Below are positions 42,701 through 58,600 of a stretch of 64,000 bases of DNA, one piece after another. The translations under genes and the position numbers were made by a program. The stretch is from the NCBI GenBank assembly GCA_964057225.1, contig OZ059895.1, forward strand, positions 23,808,001 to 23,872,000. The letters run 5' to 3'. The notes beneath the pieces were generated by a model. That model did no database searches, had not been told where the DNA came from, and saw only the letters and a list, made by a program, of their open reading frames with translations. How positions within the stretch are numbered: position 1 is the stretch's first letter; every line of letters starts with the position of its first letter. Origin of the DNA: Auanema rhodensis. Its lineage: Eukaryota; Animalia; Nematoda.

Positions 42701-45700
42701 ATTTTTATTGATATTGGTTCATGGTCACCATGACTTTGAAATTTACGTGAACTTTAATTTATGCTAATTAAATGTACACGTGATGTGCACTTGGTATGTA
42801 ACTCGCTTCACGTGAAAGATAAAGAGATGCGGTTTTCAAAATTAGATTCCCCATGTCCATATTAGTCTAAAAACAATTTTTTATTGATATTGGTGCATGG
42901 TAACCATGACTTTGAAATTTACGTGAACTTTAATTTATGCTAATTAAATGTACACGTGATGTGCACTTGGTATGTAACTCGCTTCACGTGAAAGATAAAG
43001 AGATGCGGTTATCGAAATTAGATTCCCCATGTCCATATTAGTCTAAAAACAAATTTTTATTGATATTGGTGCATGGTAACCATGACTTTGAAATTTACGT
43101 GAACTTTAATTTATGCTAATTAAATGTACACGTGATGTGCACTTGGTATGTAACTCGCTTCACGTGAAAGATAAAGAGATGCGGTTTTAAAAATTAGATT
43201 CCCCATGTCCATATTAGTCTAAAAACAAATTTTTATTGATATTGGTGCATGGTAACCATGACTTTGAAATTTACGTGAACTTTAATTTATGCTAATTAAT
43301 TGTACACGTGATGTGCACTTGGTATGTAACTCGCTTCACGTGAAAGATAAAGAGATGCGGTTTTTAAAATTAGATTCCCCATGTCCATATTAGTCTAAAA
43401 ACAAATTTTTATTGATATTGGTGCATGGTAACCATGACTTTGAAATTTACGTGAACTTTAATTTATGCTAATTAAATGTACACGTGATGTGCACTTGGTA
43501 TGTAACTCGCTTCACGTGAAAGATAAAGAGATGCGGTTTTCAAAATTAGATTCCCCATGTCCATATTAGTCTAAAAACAAATTTTTATTGATATTGGTTC
43601 ATGGTAACCATGACTTTGAAATTTACGTGAACTTTAATTTATGCTAATTAAATGTACACGTGATGTGCACTTGGTATGTAACTCGCTTCACGTGAAAGAT
43701 AAAGAGATGCGGTTTTCAAAATTAGATTCCCCATGTCCATATTAGTCTAAAAACAAATTTTTATTGATATTGGTACATGGTAACCATGACTTTGAAATTT
43801 ACGTGAACTTTAATTTATGCTAATTAAATGTACACGTGATGTGCACTTGGTATGTAACTCGCTTCACGTGAAAGATAAAGAGATGCGGTTTTCAAAATTA
43901 GATTCCCCATGTCCATATTAGTCTAAAAACAAATTTTTATTGATATTGGTGCATGGTAACCATGACTTTGAAATTTACGTGAACTTTAATTTATGCTAAT
44001 TAAATGTACACGTGATGTGCACTTGGTATGTAACTCGCTTCACGTGAAAGATAAAGAGATGCGGTTTTCAAAATTAGATTCCCCATGTCCATATTAGTCT
44101 AAAAACAAATTTTTATTGATATTGGTTCATGGTAACCATGACTTTGAAATTTACGTGAACTTTAATTTATGCTAATTAAATGTACACGTGATGTGCACTT
44201 GGTATGTAACTCGCTTCACGTGAAAGAAGAAGAGATGCGGTTTTCAAAATTAGATTCCCCATGTCCATATTAGTCTAAAAACAAATTTTTATTGATATTG
44301 GTTCATGGTAACCATGACTTTGAAATTTACGTGAACTTTAATTTATGCTAATTAAATGTACACGTGATGTGCACTTGGTATGTAACTCGCTTCACGTGAA
44401 AGATAAAGAGATGCGGTTTTCAAAATTAGATTCCCCATGTCCATATTAGTCTAAAAACAATTTTTTATTGATATTGGTGCATGGTAACCATGACTTTGAA
44501 ATTTACGTGAACTTTAATTTATGCTAATTAAATGTACACGTGATGTGCACTTGGTATGTAACTCGCTTCACGTGAAAGATAAAGAGATGCGGTTTTCAAA
44601 ATTAGATTCCCCATGTTCATATTAGTCTAAAAACAAATTTTTATTGATATTGGTTCATGGTAACCATGACTTTGAAATTTACGTGAACTTTAATTTATGC
44701 TAATTAAATGTACACGTGATGTGCACTTGGTATGTAACTCGCTTCACGTGAAAGATAAAGAGATGCGGTTTTCAAAATTAGATTCCCATATCCATATTAG
44801 TCTAAAAACAAATTTTTATTGATATTGGTGCATGGTAACCATGACTTTGAAATTTACGTGAACTTTAATTTATGCTAATTAAATGTACACGTGATGTGCA
44901 CTTGGTATGTAACTCGCTTCACGTGAAAGATGAAGAGATGCGGTTTTCAAAATTAGATTCCCCATGTCCATATTAGTCTAAAAACAAATTTTTATTGATA
45001 TTGGTGCATGGTAACCATGACTTTGAAATTTACGTGAACTTTAATTTATGCTAATTAAATGTACACGTGATGTGCACTTGGTATGTAACTCGCTTCACGT
45101 GAAAGATAAAGAGATGCGGTTTTCAAAATTAGATTCCCCATGTCCATATTAGTCTAAAAACAAGTTTTTATTGATATTGGTGCATGGTAACCATGACTTT
45201 GAATTTTACGTGAACTTTAATTTATGCTAATTAAATGTACACGTGATGTGCACTTGGTATGTAACTCGCTTCACGTGAAAGATAAAGAGATGCGGTTTTT
45301 AAAATTAGATTCCCCATGTCCATATTAGTCTAAAAACAAATTTTTATTGATATTGGTTCATGGTAACCATGACTTTGAAATTTACGTGAACTTTAATTTA
45401 TGCTAATTAAATGTACACGTGATGTGCACTTGGTATGTAACTCGCTTCACGTGAAAGATAAAGAGATGCGGTTTTCAAAATTAGATTCCCCATGTCCATA
45501 TTAGTCTAAAAACGAATTTTTATTGATATTGGTGCATGGTAACCATGACTTTGAAATTTACGTGAACTTTAATTTATGCTAATTAAATGTACACGTGATG
45601 TGCACTTGGTATGTAACTCGCTTCACGTGAAAGATAAAGAGATGCGGTTTTCAAAATTAGATTCCCCATGTCCATATTAGTCTAAAAACAAATTTTTATT

Positions 45701-48700
45701 GATATTGGTGCATGGTAACCATGACTTTGAAATTTACGTGAACTTTAATTTATGCTAATTAAATGTACACGTGATGTGCACTTGGTATGTAACTCGCTTC
45801 ACGTGAAAGATAAAGAGATGCGGTTTTCAAAATTAGATTCCCCATGTCCATATTAGTCTAAAAACAAATTTTTATTGATATTGGTGCATGGTAACCATGA
45901 CTTTGAAATTTACGTGAACTTTAATTTATGCTAATTAAATGTACACGTGATGTGCACTTGGTATGTAACTCGCTTCACGTGAAAGATAAAGAGATGCGGT
46001 TTTCAAAATTAGATTCCCCATGTCCATATTAGTCTAAAAACAAATTTTTATTGATATTGGTTCATGGTAACCATGACTTTGAAATTTACGTGAACTTTAA
46101 TTTATGCTAATTAAATGTACACGTGATGTGCACTTGGTATGTAACTCGCTTCACGTGAAAGATAAAGAGATGCGGTTTTCAAAATTAGATTCCTCATGTC
46201 CATATTAGTCTAAAAACAAATTTTTATTGATATTGGTGCATGGTAACCATGACTTTGAAATTTACGTGAACTTTAATTTATGCTAATTAAATGTACACGT
46301 GATGTGCACTTGGTATGTAACTCGCTTCACGTGAAAGATGAAGAGATGCGGTTTTCAAAATTAGATTCCCCATGTCCATATTAGTCTAAAAACAAATTTT
46401 TATTGATATTGGTGCATGGTAACCATGACTTTGAAATTTACGTGAACTTTAATTTATGCTAATTAAATGTACACGTGATGTGCACTTGGTATGTAACTCG
46501 CTTCACGTGAAAGATAAAGAGATGCGGTTTTCAAAATTAGATTCCCCATGTCCATATTAGTCTAAAAACAAATTTTTATTGATATTGGTGCATGGTAACC
46601 ATGACTTTGAATTTTACGTGAACTTTAATTTATGCTAATTAAATGTACACGTGATGTGCACTTGGTATGTAACTCGCTTCACGTGAAAGATAAAGAGATG
46701 CGGTTTTCAAAATTAGATTCCCCATGTCCATATTAGTCTAAAAACAAATTTTTATTGATATTGGTTCATGGTAACCATGACTTTGAAATTTACGTGAACT
46801 TTAATTTATGCTAATTAAATGTACACGTGATGTGCACTTGGTATATAACTCGCTTCACGTGAAAGATAAAGAGATGCGGTTTTCAAAATTAGATTCCCCA
46901 TGTCCATATTAGTCTAAAAACAAATTTTTATTGATATTGGTTCATGGTAACCATGACTTTGAAATTTACGTGAACTTTAATTTATGCTAATTAAATGTAC
47001 ACGTGATGTGCACTTGGTATGTAACTCGCTTCACGTGAAAGATAAAGAGATGCGGTTTTCAAAATTAGATTCCCCATGTCCATATTAGTCTAAAAACGAA
47101 TTTTTATTGATATTGGTGCATGGTAACCATGACTTTGAAATTTACGTGAACTTTAATTTATGCTAATTAAATGTACACGTGATGTGCACTTGGTATGTAA
47201 CTCGCTTCACGTGAAAGATAAAGAGATGCGGTTTTCAAAATTAGATTCCCCATGTCCATATTAGTCTAAAAACAAATTTTTATTGATATTGGTTCATGGT
47301 AACCATGACTTTGAAATTTACGTGAACTCTAATTTATGCTAATTAAATGTACACGTGATGTGCACTTGGTATGTAACTCGCTTCACGTGAAAGAAGAAGA
47401 GATGCGGTTTTCAAAATTAGATTCCCCATGTCCATATTAGTCTAAAAACAAATTTTTATTGATATTGGTTCATGGTAACCATGACTTTGAAATTTACGTG
47501 AACTTTAATTTATGCTAATTAAATGTACACGTGATGTGCACTTGGTATGTAACTCGCTTCACGTGAAAGATAAAGAGATGCGGTTTTCAAAATTAGATTC
47601 CCCATGTCCATATTAGTCTAAAAACAAATTGTTATTGATATTGGTTCATGGTAACCATGACTTTGAAATTTACGTGAACTTTAATTTATGCTAATTAAAT
47701 GTACACGTGATGTGCACTTGGTATGTAACTCGCTTCACGTGAAAGATAAAGAGATGCGGTTTTCAAAATTAGATTCCCCATGTCCATATTAGTCTAAAAA
47801 CAAATTTTTATTGATATTGGTGCATGGTAACCATGACTTTGAAATTTACGTGAACTTTAATTTATGCTAATTAAATGTACACGTGATGTGCACTTGGTAT
47901 GTAACTCGCTTCACGTGAAAGATGAAGAGATGCGGTTTTCAAAATTAGATTCCCCATGTCCATATTAGTCTAAAAACAAATTTTTATTGATATTGGTGCA
48001 TGGTAACCATGACTTTGAAATTTACGTGAACTTTAATTTATGCTAATTAAATGTACACGTGATGTGCACTTGGTATGTAACTCGCTTCACGTGAAAGATA
48101 AAGAGATGCGGTTTTCAAAATTAGATTCCCCATGTCCATATTAGTCTAAAAACAAATTTTTATTGATATTGGTGCATGGTAACCATGACTTTGAATTTTA
48201 CGTGAACTTTAATTTATGCTAATTAAATGTACACGTGATGTGCACTTGGTATGTAACTCGCTTCACGTGAAAGATAAAGAGATGCGGTTTTCAAAATTAG
48301 ATTCCCCATGTCCATATTAGTCTAAAAACAAATTTTTATTGATATTGGTTCATGGTAACCATGACTTTGAAATTTACGTGAACTTTAATTTATGCTAATT
48401 AAATGTACACGTGATGTGCACTTGGTATGTAACTCGCTTCACGTGAAAGATAAAGAGATGCGGTTTTCAAAATTAGATTCCCCATGTCCATATTAGTCTA
48501 AAAACAAATTTTTATTGATATTGGTGCATGGTAACCATGACTTTGAAATTTACGTGAACTTTAATTTATGCTAATTAAATGTACACGTGATGTGCACTTG
48601 GTATGTAACTCGCTTCACGTGAAAGATGAAGAGATGCGGTTTTCAAAATTAGATTCCCCATGTCCATATTAGTCTAAAAACAAATTTTTATTGATATTGG

Positions 48701-50152
48701 TGCATGGTAACCATGACTTTGAAATTTACGTGAACTTTAATTTATGCTAATTAAATGTACACGTGATGTGCACTTGGTATGTAACTCGCTTCACGTGAAA
48801 GATAAAGAGATGCGGTTTTCAAAATTAGATTCCCCATGTCCATATTAGTCTAAAAATAAATTTTTATTGATATTGGTTCATGGTAACCATGACTTTGAAA
48901 TTTACGTGAACTTTAATTTATGCTAATTAAATGTACACGTGATGTGCACTTGGTATGTAACTCGCTTCACGTGAAAGATAAAGAGATGCGGTTTTCAAAA
49001 TTAGATTCCCCATGTCCATATTAGTCTAAAAACAAATTTTTATTGATATTGGTTCATGGTAACCATGACTTTGAAATTTACGTGGACTTTAATTTATGCT
49101 AATTAAATGTACACGTGATGTGCACTTGGTATGTAACTCGCTTCACGTGAAAGATAAAGAGATGCGGTTTTCAAAATTAGATTCCCCATGTCCATATTAG
49201 TCTAAAAACAAATTTTTATTGATATTGGTGCATGGTAACCATGACTTTGAAATTTACGTGAACTTTAATTTATGCTAATTAAATGTACACGTGATGTGCA
49301 CTTGGTATGTAACTCGCTTCACGTGAAAGATAAAGAGATGCGGTTTTCAAAATTAGATTCCCCATGTCCATATTAGTCGAAAAACAAATTTTTATTGATA
49401 TTGGTTCATGGTAACCATGACTTTGAAATTTACGTGAACTTTAATTTATGCTAATTAAATGTACACGTGATGTGCACTTGGTATGTAACTCGCTTCACGT
49501 GAAAGATAAAGAGATGCGGTTTTCAAAATCAGATTCCCCATGTCCATATTAGTCTAAAAACAAATTTTTATTGATATTGGTTCATGGTAACCATGACTTT
49601 GAAATTTACGTGAACTTTAATTTATGCTAATTAAATGTACACGTGATGTGCACTTGGTATGTAACTCGCTTCACGTGAAAGATAAAGAGATGCGGTTTTC
49701 AAAATTAGATTCCCCATGTCCATATTAGTCTAAAAACAAATTTTTATTGATATTGGTGCATGGTAACCATGACTTTGAAATTTACGTGAACTTTAATTTA
49801 TGCTAATTAAATGTACACGTGATGTGCACTTGGTATGTAACTCGCTTTACGTGAAAGATAAAGAGATGCGGTTTTCAAAATTAGATTCCCCATGTCCATA
49901 TTAGTCGAAAAACAAATTTTTATTGATATTGGTTCATGGTAACCATGACTTTGAAATTTACGTGAACTTTAATTTATGCTAATTAAATGTACACGTGATG
50001 TGCACTTGGTATGTAACTCGCTTCACGTGAAAGATAAAGAGATGCGGTTTTCAAAATTAGATTCCCCATGTCCATATTAGTCTAAAAACAAATTTTTATT
50101 GATATTGGTTCATGGTAACCATGACTTTGAAATTTACGTGAACTTTAATTTA

Positions 50153-52264
50153 TGCTAATTAAATGTACACGTGATGTGCACTTGGTATGTAACTCGCTTC
50201 ACGTGAAAGATAAAGAGATGCGGTTTTCAAAATTAGATTCCCCATGTCCATATTAGTCTAAAAACAAATTTTTATTGATATTGGTTCATGGTAACCATGA
50301 CTTTGAAATTTACGTGAACTTTAATTTATGCTAATTAAATGTACACGTGATGTGCACTTGGTATGTAACTCGCTTCACGTGAAAGATAAAGAGATGCGGT
50401 TTTCAAAATTAGATTCCCCATGTCCATATTAGTCTAAAAACAAATTTTTATTGATATTAGTTCATGGTAACCATGACTTTGAAATTTACGTGAACTTTAA
50501 TTTATGCTAATTAAATGTACACGTGATGTGCACTTGGTATGTAACTCGCTTCACGTGAAAGATAAAGAGATGCGGTTTTCAAAATTAGATTCCCCATGTC
50601 CATATTAGTCTAAAAACAAATTTTTATTGATATTGGTTCATGGTAACCATGACTTTGAAATTTACGTGAACTTTAATTTATCCTAATTAAATGTACACGT
50701 GATGTGCACTTGGTACGTAACTCGCTTCACGTGAAAGATAAAGAGATGCGGTTTTCAAAATTAGATTCCCCATGTCCATATTAGTCTAAAAACAAATTTT
50801 TATTGATATTGGTTCATGGTAACCATGACTTTGAAATTTACGTGAACTTTAATTTATGCTAATTAAATGTACACGTGATGTGCACTTGGTATGTAACTCG
50901 CTTCACGTGAAAGATAAAGAGATGAGGTTTTCAAAATTATATTCCCCATGTCCATATTAGTCTAAAAACAAATTTTTATTGATATTGCTTCATGGTAACC
51001 ATGACTTTGAAATTTACGTGAACTTTAATTTATGCTAATTAAATGTACACGTGATGTGCACTTGGTATGTAACTCGCTTCACGTGAAAGATAAAGAGATG
51101 CGGTTTTCAAAATTAGATTCCCCATGTCCATATTAGTCTAAAAACAAGTTTTTATTGATATTGGTGCATGGTAACCATGACTTTGAATTTTACGTGAACT
51201 TTAATTTATGCTAATTAAATGTACACGTGATGTGCACTTGGTATGTAACTCGCTTCACGTGAAAGATAAAGAGATGCGGTTTTCAAAATTAGATTCCCCA
51301 TGTCCATATTAGTCTAAAAACAAATTTTTATTGATATTGGTTCATGGTAACCATGACTTTGAAATTTACGTGAACTTTAATTTATGCTAATTAAATGTAC
51401 ACGTGATGTGCACTTGGTATGTAACTCGCTTCACGTGAAAGATAAAGAGATGCGGTTTTCAAAATTAGATTCCCCATGTCCATATTAGTCTAAAAACAAA
51501 TTTTTATTGATATTAGTTCATGGTAACCATGACTTTGAAATTTACGTGAACTTTAATTTATGCTAATTAAATGTACACGTGATGTGCACTTGGTATGTAA
51601 CTCGCTTCACGTGAAAGATAAAGAGATGCGGTTTTCAAAATTAGATTCCCCATGTCCATATTAGTCTAAAAACAAATTTTTATTGATATTGGTTCATGGT
51701 AACCATGACTTTGAAATTTACGTGAACTTTAATTTATCCTAATTAAATGTACACGTGATGTGCACTTGGTACGTAACTCGCTTCACGTGAAAGATAAAGA
51801 GATGCGGTTTTCAAAATTAGATTCCCCATGTCCATATTAGTCTAAAAACAAATTTTTATTGATATTGGTTCATGGTAACCATGACTTTGAAATTTACGTG
51901 AACTTTAATTTATGCTAATTAAATGTACACGTGATGTGCACTTGGTATGTAACTCGCTTCACGTGAAAGATAAAGAGATGAGGTTTTCAAAATTATATTC
52001 CCCATGTCCATATTAGTCTAAAAACAAATTTTTATTGATATTGCTTCATGGTAACCATGACTTTGAAATTTACGTGAACTTTAATTTATGCTAATTAAAT
52101 GTACACGTGATGTGCACTTGGTATGTAACTCGCTTCACGTGAAAGATAAAGAGATGCGGTTTTCAAAATTAGATTCCCCATGTCCATATTAGTCTAAAAA
52201 CAAGTTTTTATTGATATTGGTGCATGGTAACCATGACTTTGAATTTTACGTGAACTTTAATTTA
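50153..52264 (+). repeat. 6-monomer higher-order repeat, 2 copies (1056 bp each)
   Basis: Rare G2C+T36C (50681, 51737), C69A+G84T+G132C (50857, 51913) and A116G+T134G+A156T (51033, 52089) all repeat at 1056-bp offset. Confidence 0.92.
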
Positions 52265-55200
52265 TGCTAATTAAATGTACACGTGATGTGCACTTGGTAT
52301 GTAACTCGCTTCACGTGAAAGATAAAGAGATGCGGTTTTTAAAATTAGATTCCCCATGTCCATATTAGTCTAAAAACAAATTTTTATTGATATTGGTTCA
52401 TGGTAACCATGACTTTGAAATTTACGTGAACTTTAATTTATGCTAATTAAATGTACACGTGATGTGCACTTGGTATGTAACTCGCTTCACGTGAAAGATA
52501 AAGAGATGCGGTTTTCAAAATTAGATTCCCCATGTCCATATTAGTCTAAAAACAAATTTTTATTGATATTGGTGAATGGTAACCATGACTTTGAAATTTA
52601 CGTGAACTTTAATTTATGCTAATTAAATGTACACGTGATGTGCACTTGGTATGTAACTCGCTTCACGTGAAAGATAAAGAGATGAGGTTTTCAAAATTAG
52701 ATTCCCCATGTCCATATTAGTCTAAAAACAAATTTTTATTGATATTGGTTCATGGTAACCATGACTTTGAAATTTACGTGAACTCTAATTTATGCTAATT
52801 AAATGTACACGTGATGTGCACTTGGTATGTAACTCGCTTCACGTGAAAGAAGAAGAGATGCGGTTTTCAAAATTAGATTCCCCATGTCCATATTAGTCTA
52901 AAAACAAATTTTTATTGATATTGGTTCATGGTAACCATGACTTTGAAATTTACGTGAACTTTAATTTATGCTAATTAAATGTACACGTGATGTGCACTTG
53001 GTATGTAACTCGCTTCACGTGAAAGATAAAGAGATGCGGTTTTCAAAATTAGATTCCCCATGTCCATATTAGTCTAAAAACAAATTTTTATTGATATTGG
53101 TTCATGGTAACCATGACTTTGAAATTTACGTGAACTTTAATTTATGCTAATTAAATGTACACGTGATGTGCACTTGGTATGTAACTCGCTTCACGTGAAA
53201 GATAAAGAGATGCGGTTTTCAAAATTAGATTCCCCATGTCCATATTAGTCTAAAAACAAATTTTTATTGATATTGGTGCATGGTAACCATGACTTTGAAA
53301 TTTACGTGAACTTTAATTTATGCTAATTAAATGTACACGTGATGTGCACTTGGTATGTAACTCGCTTCACGTGAAAGATGAAGAGATGCGGTTTTCAAAA
53401 TTAGATTCCCCATGTCCATATTAGTCTAAAAACAAATTTTTATTGATATTGGTGCATGGTAACCATGACTTTGAAATTTACGTGAACTTTAATTTATGCT
53501 AATTAAATGTACACGTGATGTGCACTTGGTATGTAACTCGCTTCACGTGAAAGATAAAGAGATGCGGTTTTCAAAATTAGATTCCCCATGTCCATATTAG
53601 TCTAAAAACAAATTTTTATTGATATTGGTGCATGGTAACCATGACTTTGAATTTTACGTGAACTTTAATTTATGCTAATTAAATGTACACGTGATGTGCA
53701 CTTGATATGTAACTCGCTTCACGTGAAAGATAAAGAGATGCGGTTTTCAAAATTAGATTCCCCATGTCCATATTAGTCTAAAAACAAATTTTTATTGATA
53801 TTGGTTCATGGTAACCATGACTTTGAAATTTACGTGAACTTTAATTTATGCTAATTAAATGTACACGTGATGTGCACTTGGTATGTAACTCGCTTCACGT
53901 GAAAGATAAAGAGATGCGGTTTTCAAAATTAGATTCCCCATGTCCATATTAGTCGAAAAACAAATTTTTATTGATATTGGTTCATGGTAACCATGACTTT
54001 GAAATTTACGTGAACTTTAATTTATGCTAATTGAATGTACACGTGATGTGCACTTGGTATGTAACTCGCTTCACGTGAAAGATAAAGAGATGCGGTTTTC
54101 AAAATTAGATTCCCCATGTCCATATTAGTCTAAAAACAAATTTTTATTGATATTGGTGCATGGTAACCATGACTTTGAAATTTACGTGAACTTTAATTTA
54201 TGCTAATTAAATGTACACGTGATGTGCACTTGGTATGTAACTCGCTTCACGTGAAAGATAAAGAGATGCGGTTTTCAAAATTAGATTCCCCATGTCCATA
54301 TTAGTCGAAAAACAAATTTTTATTGATATTGGTTCATGGTAACCATGACTTTGAAATTTACGTGAACTTTAATTTATGCTAATTAAATGTACACGTGATG
54401 TGCACTTGGTATGTAACTCGCTTCACGTGAAAGATAAAGAGATGCGGTTTTCAAAATTAGATTCCCCATGTCCATATTAGTCTAAAAACAAATTTTTATT
54501 GATATTGGTGCATGGTAACCATGACTTTGAAATTTACGTGAACTTTAATTTATGCTAATTAAATGTACACGTGATGTGCACTTGGTATGTAACTCGCTTC
54601 ACGTGAAAGATAAAGAGATGCGGTTTTCAAAATTAGATTCCCCATGTCCATATTAGTCTAAAAACAAATTTTTATTGATATTGGTTCATGGTAACCATGA
54701 CTTTGAAATTTACGTGAACTTTAATTTATGCTAATTGAATGTACACGTGATGTGCACTTGGTATGTAACTCGCTTCACGTGAAAGATAAAGAGATGCGGT
54801 TTTCAAAATTAGATTCCCCATGTCCATATTAGTCTAAAAACAAATTTTTATTGATATTAGTTCATGGTAACCATGACTTTGAAATTTACGTGAACTTTAA
54901 TTTATGCTAATTAAATGTACACGTGATGTGCACTTGGTATGTAACTCGCTTCACGTGAAAGATAAAGAGATGCGGTTTTCAAAATTAGATTCCCCATGTC
55001 CATATTAGTCTAAAAACAAATTTTTATTGATATTAGTTCATGGTAACCATGACTTTGAAATTTACGTGAACTTTAATTTATGCTAATTAAATGTACACGT
55101 GATGTGCACTTGGTATGTAACTCGCTTCACGTGAAAGATAAAGAGATGCGGTTTTCAAAATTAGATTCCCCATGTCCATATTAGTCTAAAAACAAATTTT

Positions 55201-58200
55201 TATTGATATTGCTTCATGGTAACCATGACTTTGAAATTTACGTGAACTTTAATTTATGCTAATTAAATGTACACGTGATGTGCACTTGGTATGTAACTCG
55301 CTTCACGTGAAAGATAAAGAGATGCGGTTTTCAAAATCAGATTCCCCATGTCCATATTAGTCTAAAAACAAATTTTTATTGATATTAGTTCATGGTAACC
55401 ATGACTTTGAAAATTACGTGAACTTTAATTTATGCTAATTAAATGTACACGTGATGTGCACTTGGTATGTAACTCGCTTCACGTGAAAGATAAAGAGATG
55501 CGGTTCTCAAAATTAGATTCCCCATGTCCATATTAGTCTAAAAACAAATTTTTATTGATATTGCTTCATGGTAACCATGACTTTGAAATTTACGTGAACT
55601 TTAATTTATGCTAATTAAATGTACACGTGATGTGCACTTGGTATGTAACTCGCTTCACGTGAAAGATAAAGAGATGCGGTTTTCAAAATTAGATTCCCCA
55701 TGTCCATATTAGTCTAAAAACAAATTTTTATTGATATTGGTGCATGGTAACCATGACTTTGAAATTTACGTGAACTTTAATTTATGCTAATTAAATGTAC
55801 ACGTGATGTGCACTTGGTATGTAACTCGCTTCACGTGAAAGATAAAGAGATGCGGTTTTCAAAATTAGATTCCCCATGTCCATATTAGTCTAAAAACAAA
55901 TTTTTATTGATATTGGTGCATGGTAACCATGACTTTGAAATTTACGTGAACTTTAATTTATGCTAATTAAATGTACACGTGATGTGCACTTGGTATGTAA
56001 CTCGCTTCACGTGAAAGATAAAGAGATGCGGTTTTCAAAATTAGATTCCCCATGTCCATATTAGTCGAAAAACAAATTTTTATTGATATTGGTTCATGGT
56101 AACCATGACTTTGAAATTTACGTGAACTTTAATTTATGCTAATTAAATGTACACGTGATGTGCACTTGGTATGTAACTCGCTTCACGTGAAAGATAAAGA
56201 GATGCGGTTTTCAAAATTAGATTCCCCATGTCCATATTAGTCTAAAAACAAATTTTTATTGATATTGGTTCATGGTAACCATGACTTTGAAATTTACGTG
56301 AACTTTAATTTATGCTAATTAAATGTACACGTGATGTGCACTTGGTATGTAACTCGCTTCACGTGAAAGATAAAGAGATGCGGTTTTCAAAATTAGATTC
56401 CCCATGTCCATATTAGTCTAAAAACAAATTTTTATTGATATTGGTTCATGGTAACCATGACTTTGAAATTTACGTGAACTTTAATTTATGCTAATTAAAT
56501 GTACACGTGATGTGCACTTGGTATGTAACTCGCTTCACGTGAAAGATAAAGAGATGCGGTTTTCAAAATTAGATTCCCCATGTCCATATTAGTCTAAAAA
56601 CAAATTTTTATTGATATTAGTTCATGGTAACCATGACTTTGAAATTTACGTGAACTTTAATTTATGCTAATTAAATGTACACGTGATGTGCACTTGGTAT
56701 GTAACTCGCTTCACGTGAAAGATAAAGAGATGCGGTTTTCAAAATTAGATTCCCCATGTCCATATTAGTCTAAAAACAAATTTTTATTGATATTGGTTCA
56801 TGGTAACCATGACTTTGAAATTTACGTGAACTTTAATTTATGCTAATTAAATGTACACGTGATGTGCACTTGGTATGTAACTCGCTTCACGTGAAAGATA
56901 AAGAGATGCGGTTTTCAAAATTAGATTCCCCATGTCCATATTAGTCTAAAAACAAATTTTTATTGATATTGGTTCATGGTAACCATGACTTTGAAATTTA
57001 CGTGAACTTTAATTTATGCTAATTAAATGTACACGTGATGTGCACTTGGTATGTAACTCGCTTCACGTGAAAGATAAAGAGATGCGGTTTTCAAAATTAG
57101 ATTCCCCATGTCCATATTAGTCTAAAAACAAATTTTTATTGATATTGGTTCATGGTAACCATGACTTTGAAATTTACGTGAACTTTAATTTATGCTAATT
57201 AAATGTACACGTGATGTGCACTTGGTATGTAACTCGCTTCACGTGAAAGATAAAGAGATGCGGTTTTCAAAATTAGATTCCCCATGTCCATATTAGTCTA
57301 AAAACAAATTTTTATTGATATTAGTTCATGGTAACCATGACTTTGAAATTTACGTGAACTTTAATTTATGCTAATTAAATGTACACGTGATGTGCACTTG
57401 GTATGTAACTCGCTTCACGTGAAAGATAAAGAGATGCGGTTTTCAAAATTAGATTCCCCATGTCCATATTAGTCTAAAAACAAATTTTTATTGATATTGG
57501 TTCATGGTAACCATGACTTTGAAATTTACGTGAACTTTAATTTATGCTAATTAAATGTACACGTGATGTGCACTTGGTATGTAACTCGCTTCACGTGAAA
57601 GATAAAGAGATGCAGTTTTCAAAATTAGATTCCCCATGTCCATATTAGTCTAAAAACAAATTTTTATTGATATTGGTTCATGGTAACCATGACTTTGAAA
57701 TTTACGTGAACTTTAATTTATGCTAATTAAATGTACACGTGATGTGCACTTGGTATGTAACTCGCTTCACGTGAAAGATGAAGAGATGCGGTTTTCAAAA
57801 TTAGATTCCCCATGTCCATATTAGTCTAAAAACAAATTTTTATTGTTATTGGTTCATGGTAACCATGACTTTGAAATTTACGTGAACTTTAATTTATGCT
57901 AATTAAATGTACACGTGATGTGCACTTGGTATGTAACTCGCTTCACGTGAAAGATAAAGAGATGCGGTTTTCAAAATTAGATTCCCCATGTCCATATTAG
58001 TCTAAAAACAAATTTTTATTGATATTGGTTCATGGTAACCATGACTTTGAAATTTACGTGAACTTTAATTTATGCTAATTAAATGTACACGTGATGTGCA
58101 CTTGGTATGTAACTCGCTTCACGTGAAAGATAAAGAGATGCGGTTTTCAAAATTAGATTCCCCATGTCCATATTAGTCTAAAAACAAATTTTTATTGATA

Positions 58201-58600
58201 TTGGTTCATGGTAACCATGACTTTGAAATTTACGTGAACTTTAATTTATGCTAATTAAATGTACACGTGATGTGCACTTGGTATGTAACTCGCTTCACGT
58301 GAAAGATAAAGAGATGCGGTTTTCAAAATTAGATTCCCCATGTCCATATTAGTCTAAAAACAAATTTTTATTGATATTGGTTAATGGTAACCATGACTTT
58401 GAAATTTACGTGAACTTTAATTTATGCTAATTAAATGTACACGTGATGTGCACTTGATATGTAACTCGCTTCACGTGAAAGATAAAGAGATGCGGTTTTC
58501 AAAATTAGATTCCCCATGTCCATATTAGTCTAAAAACAAATTTTTATTGATATTGGTTCATGGTAACCATGACTTTGAAATTTACGTGAACTTTAATTTA

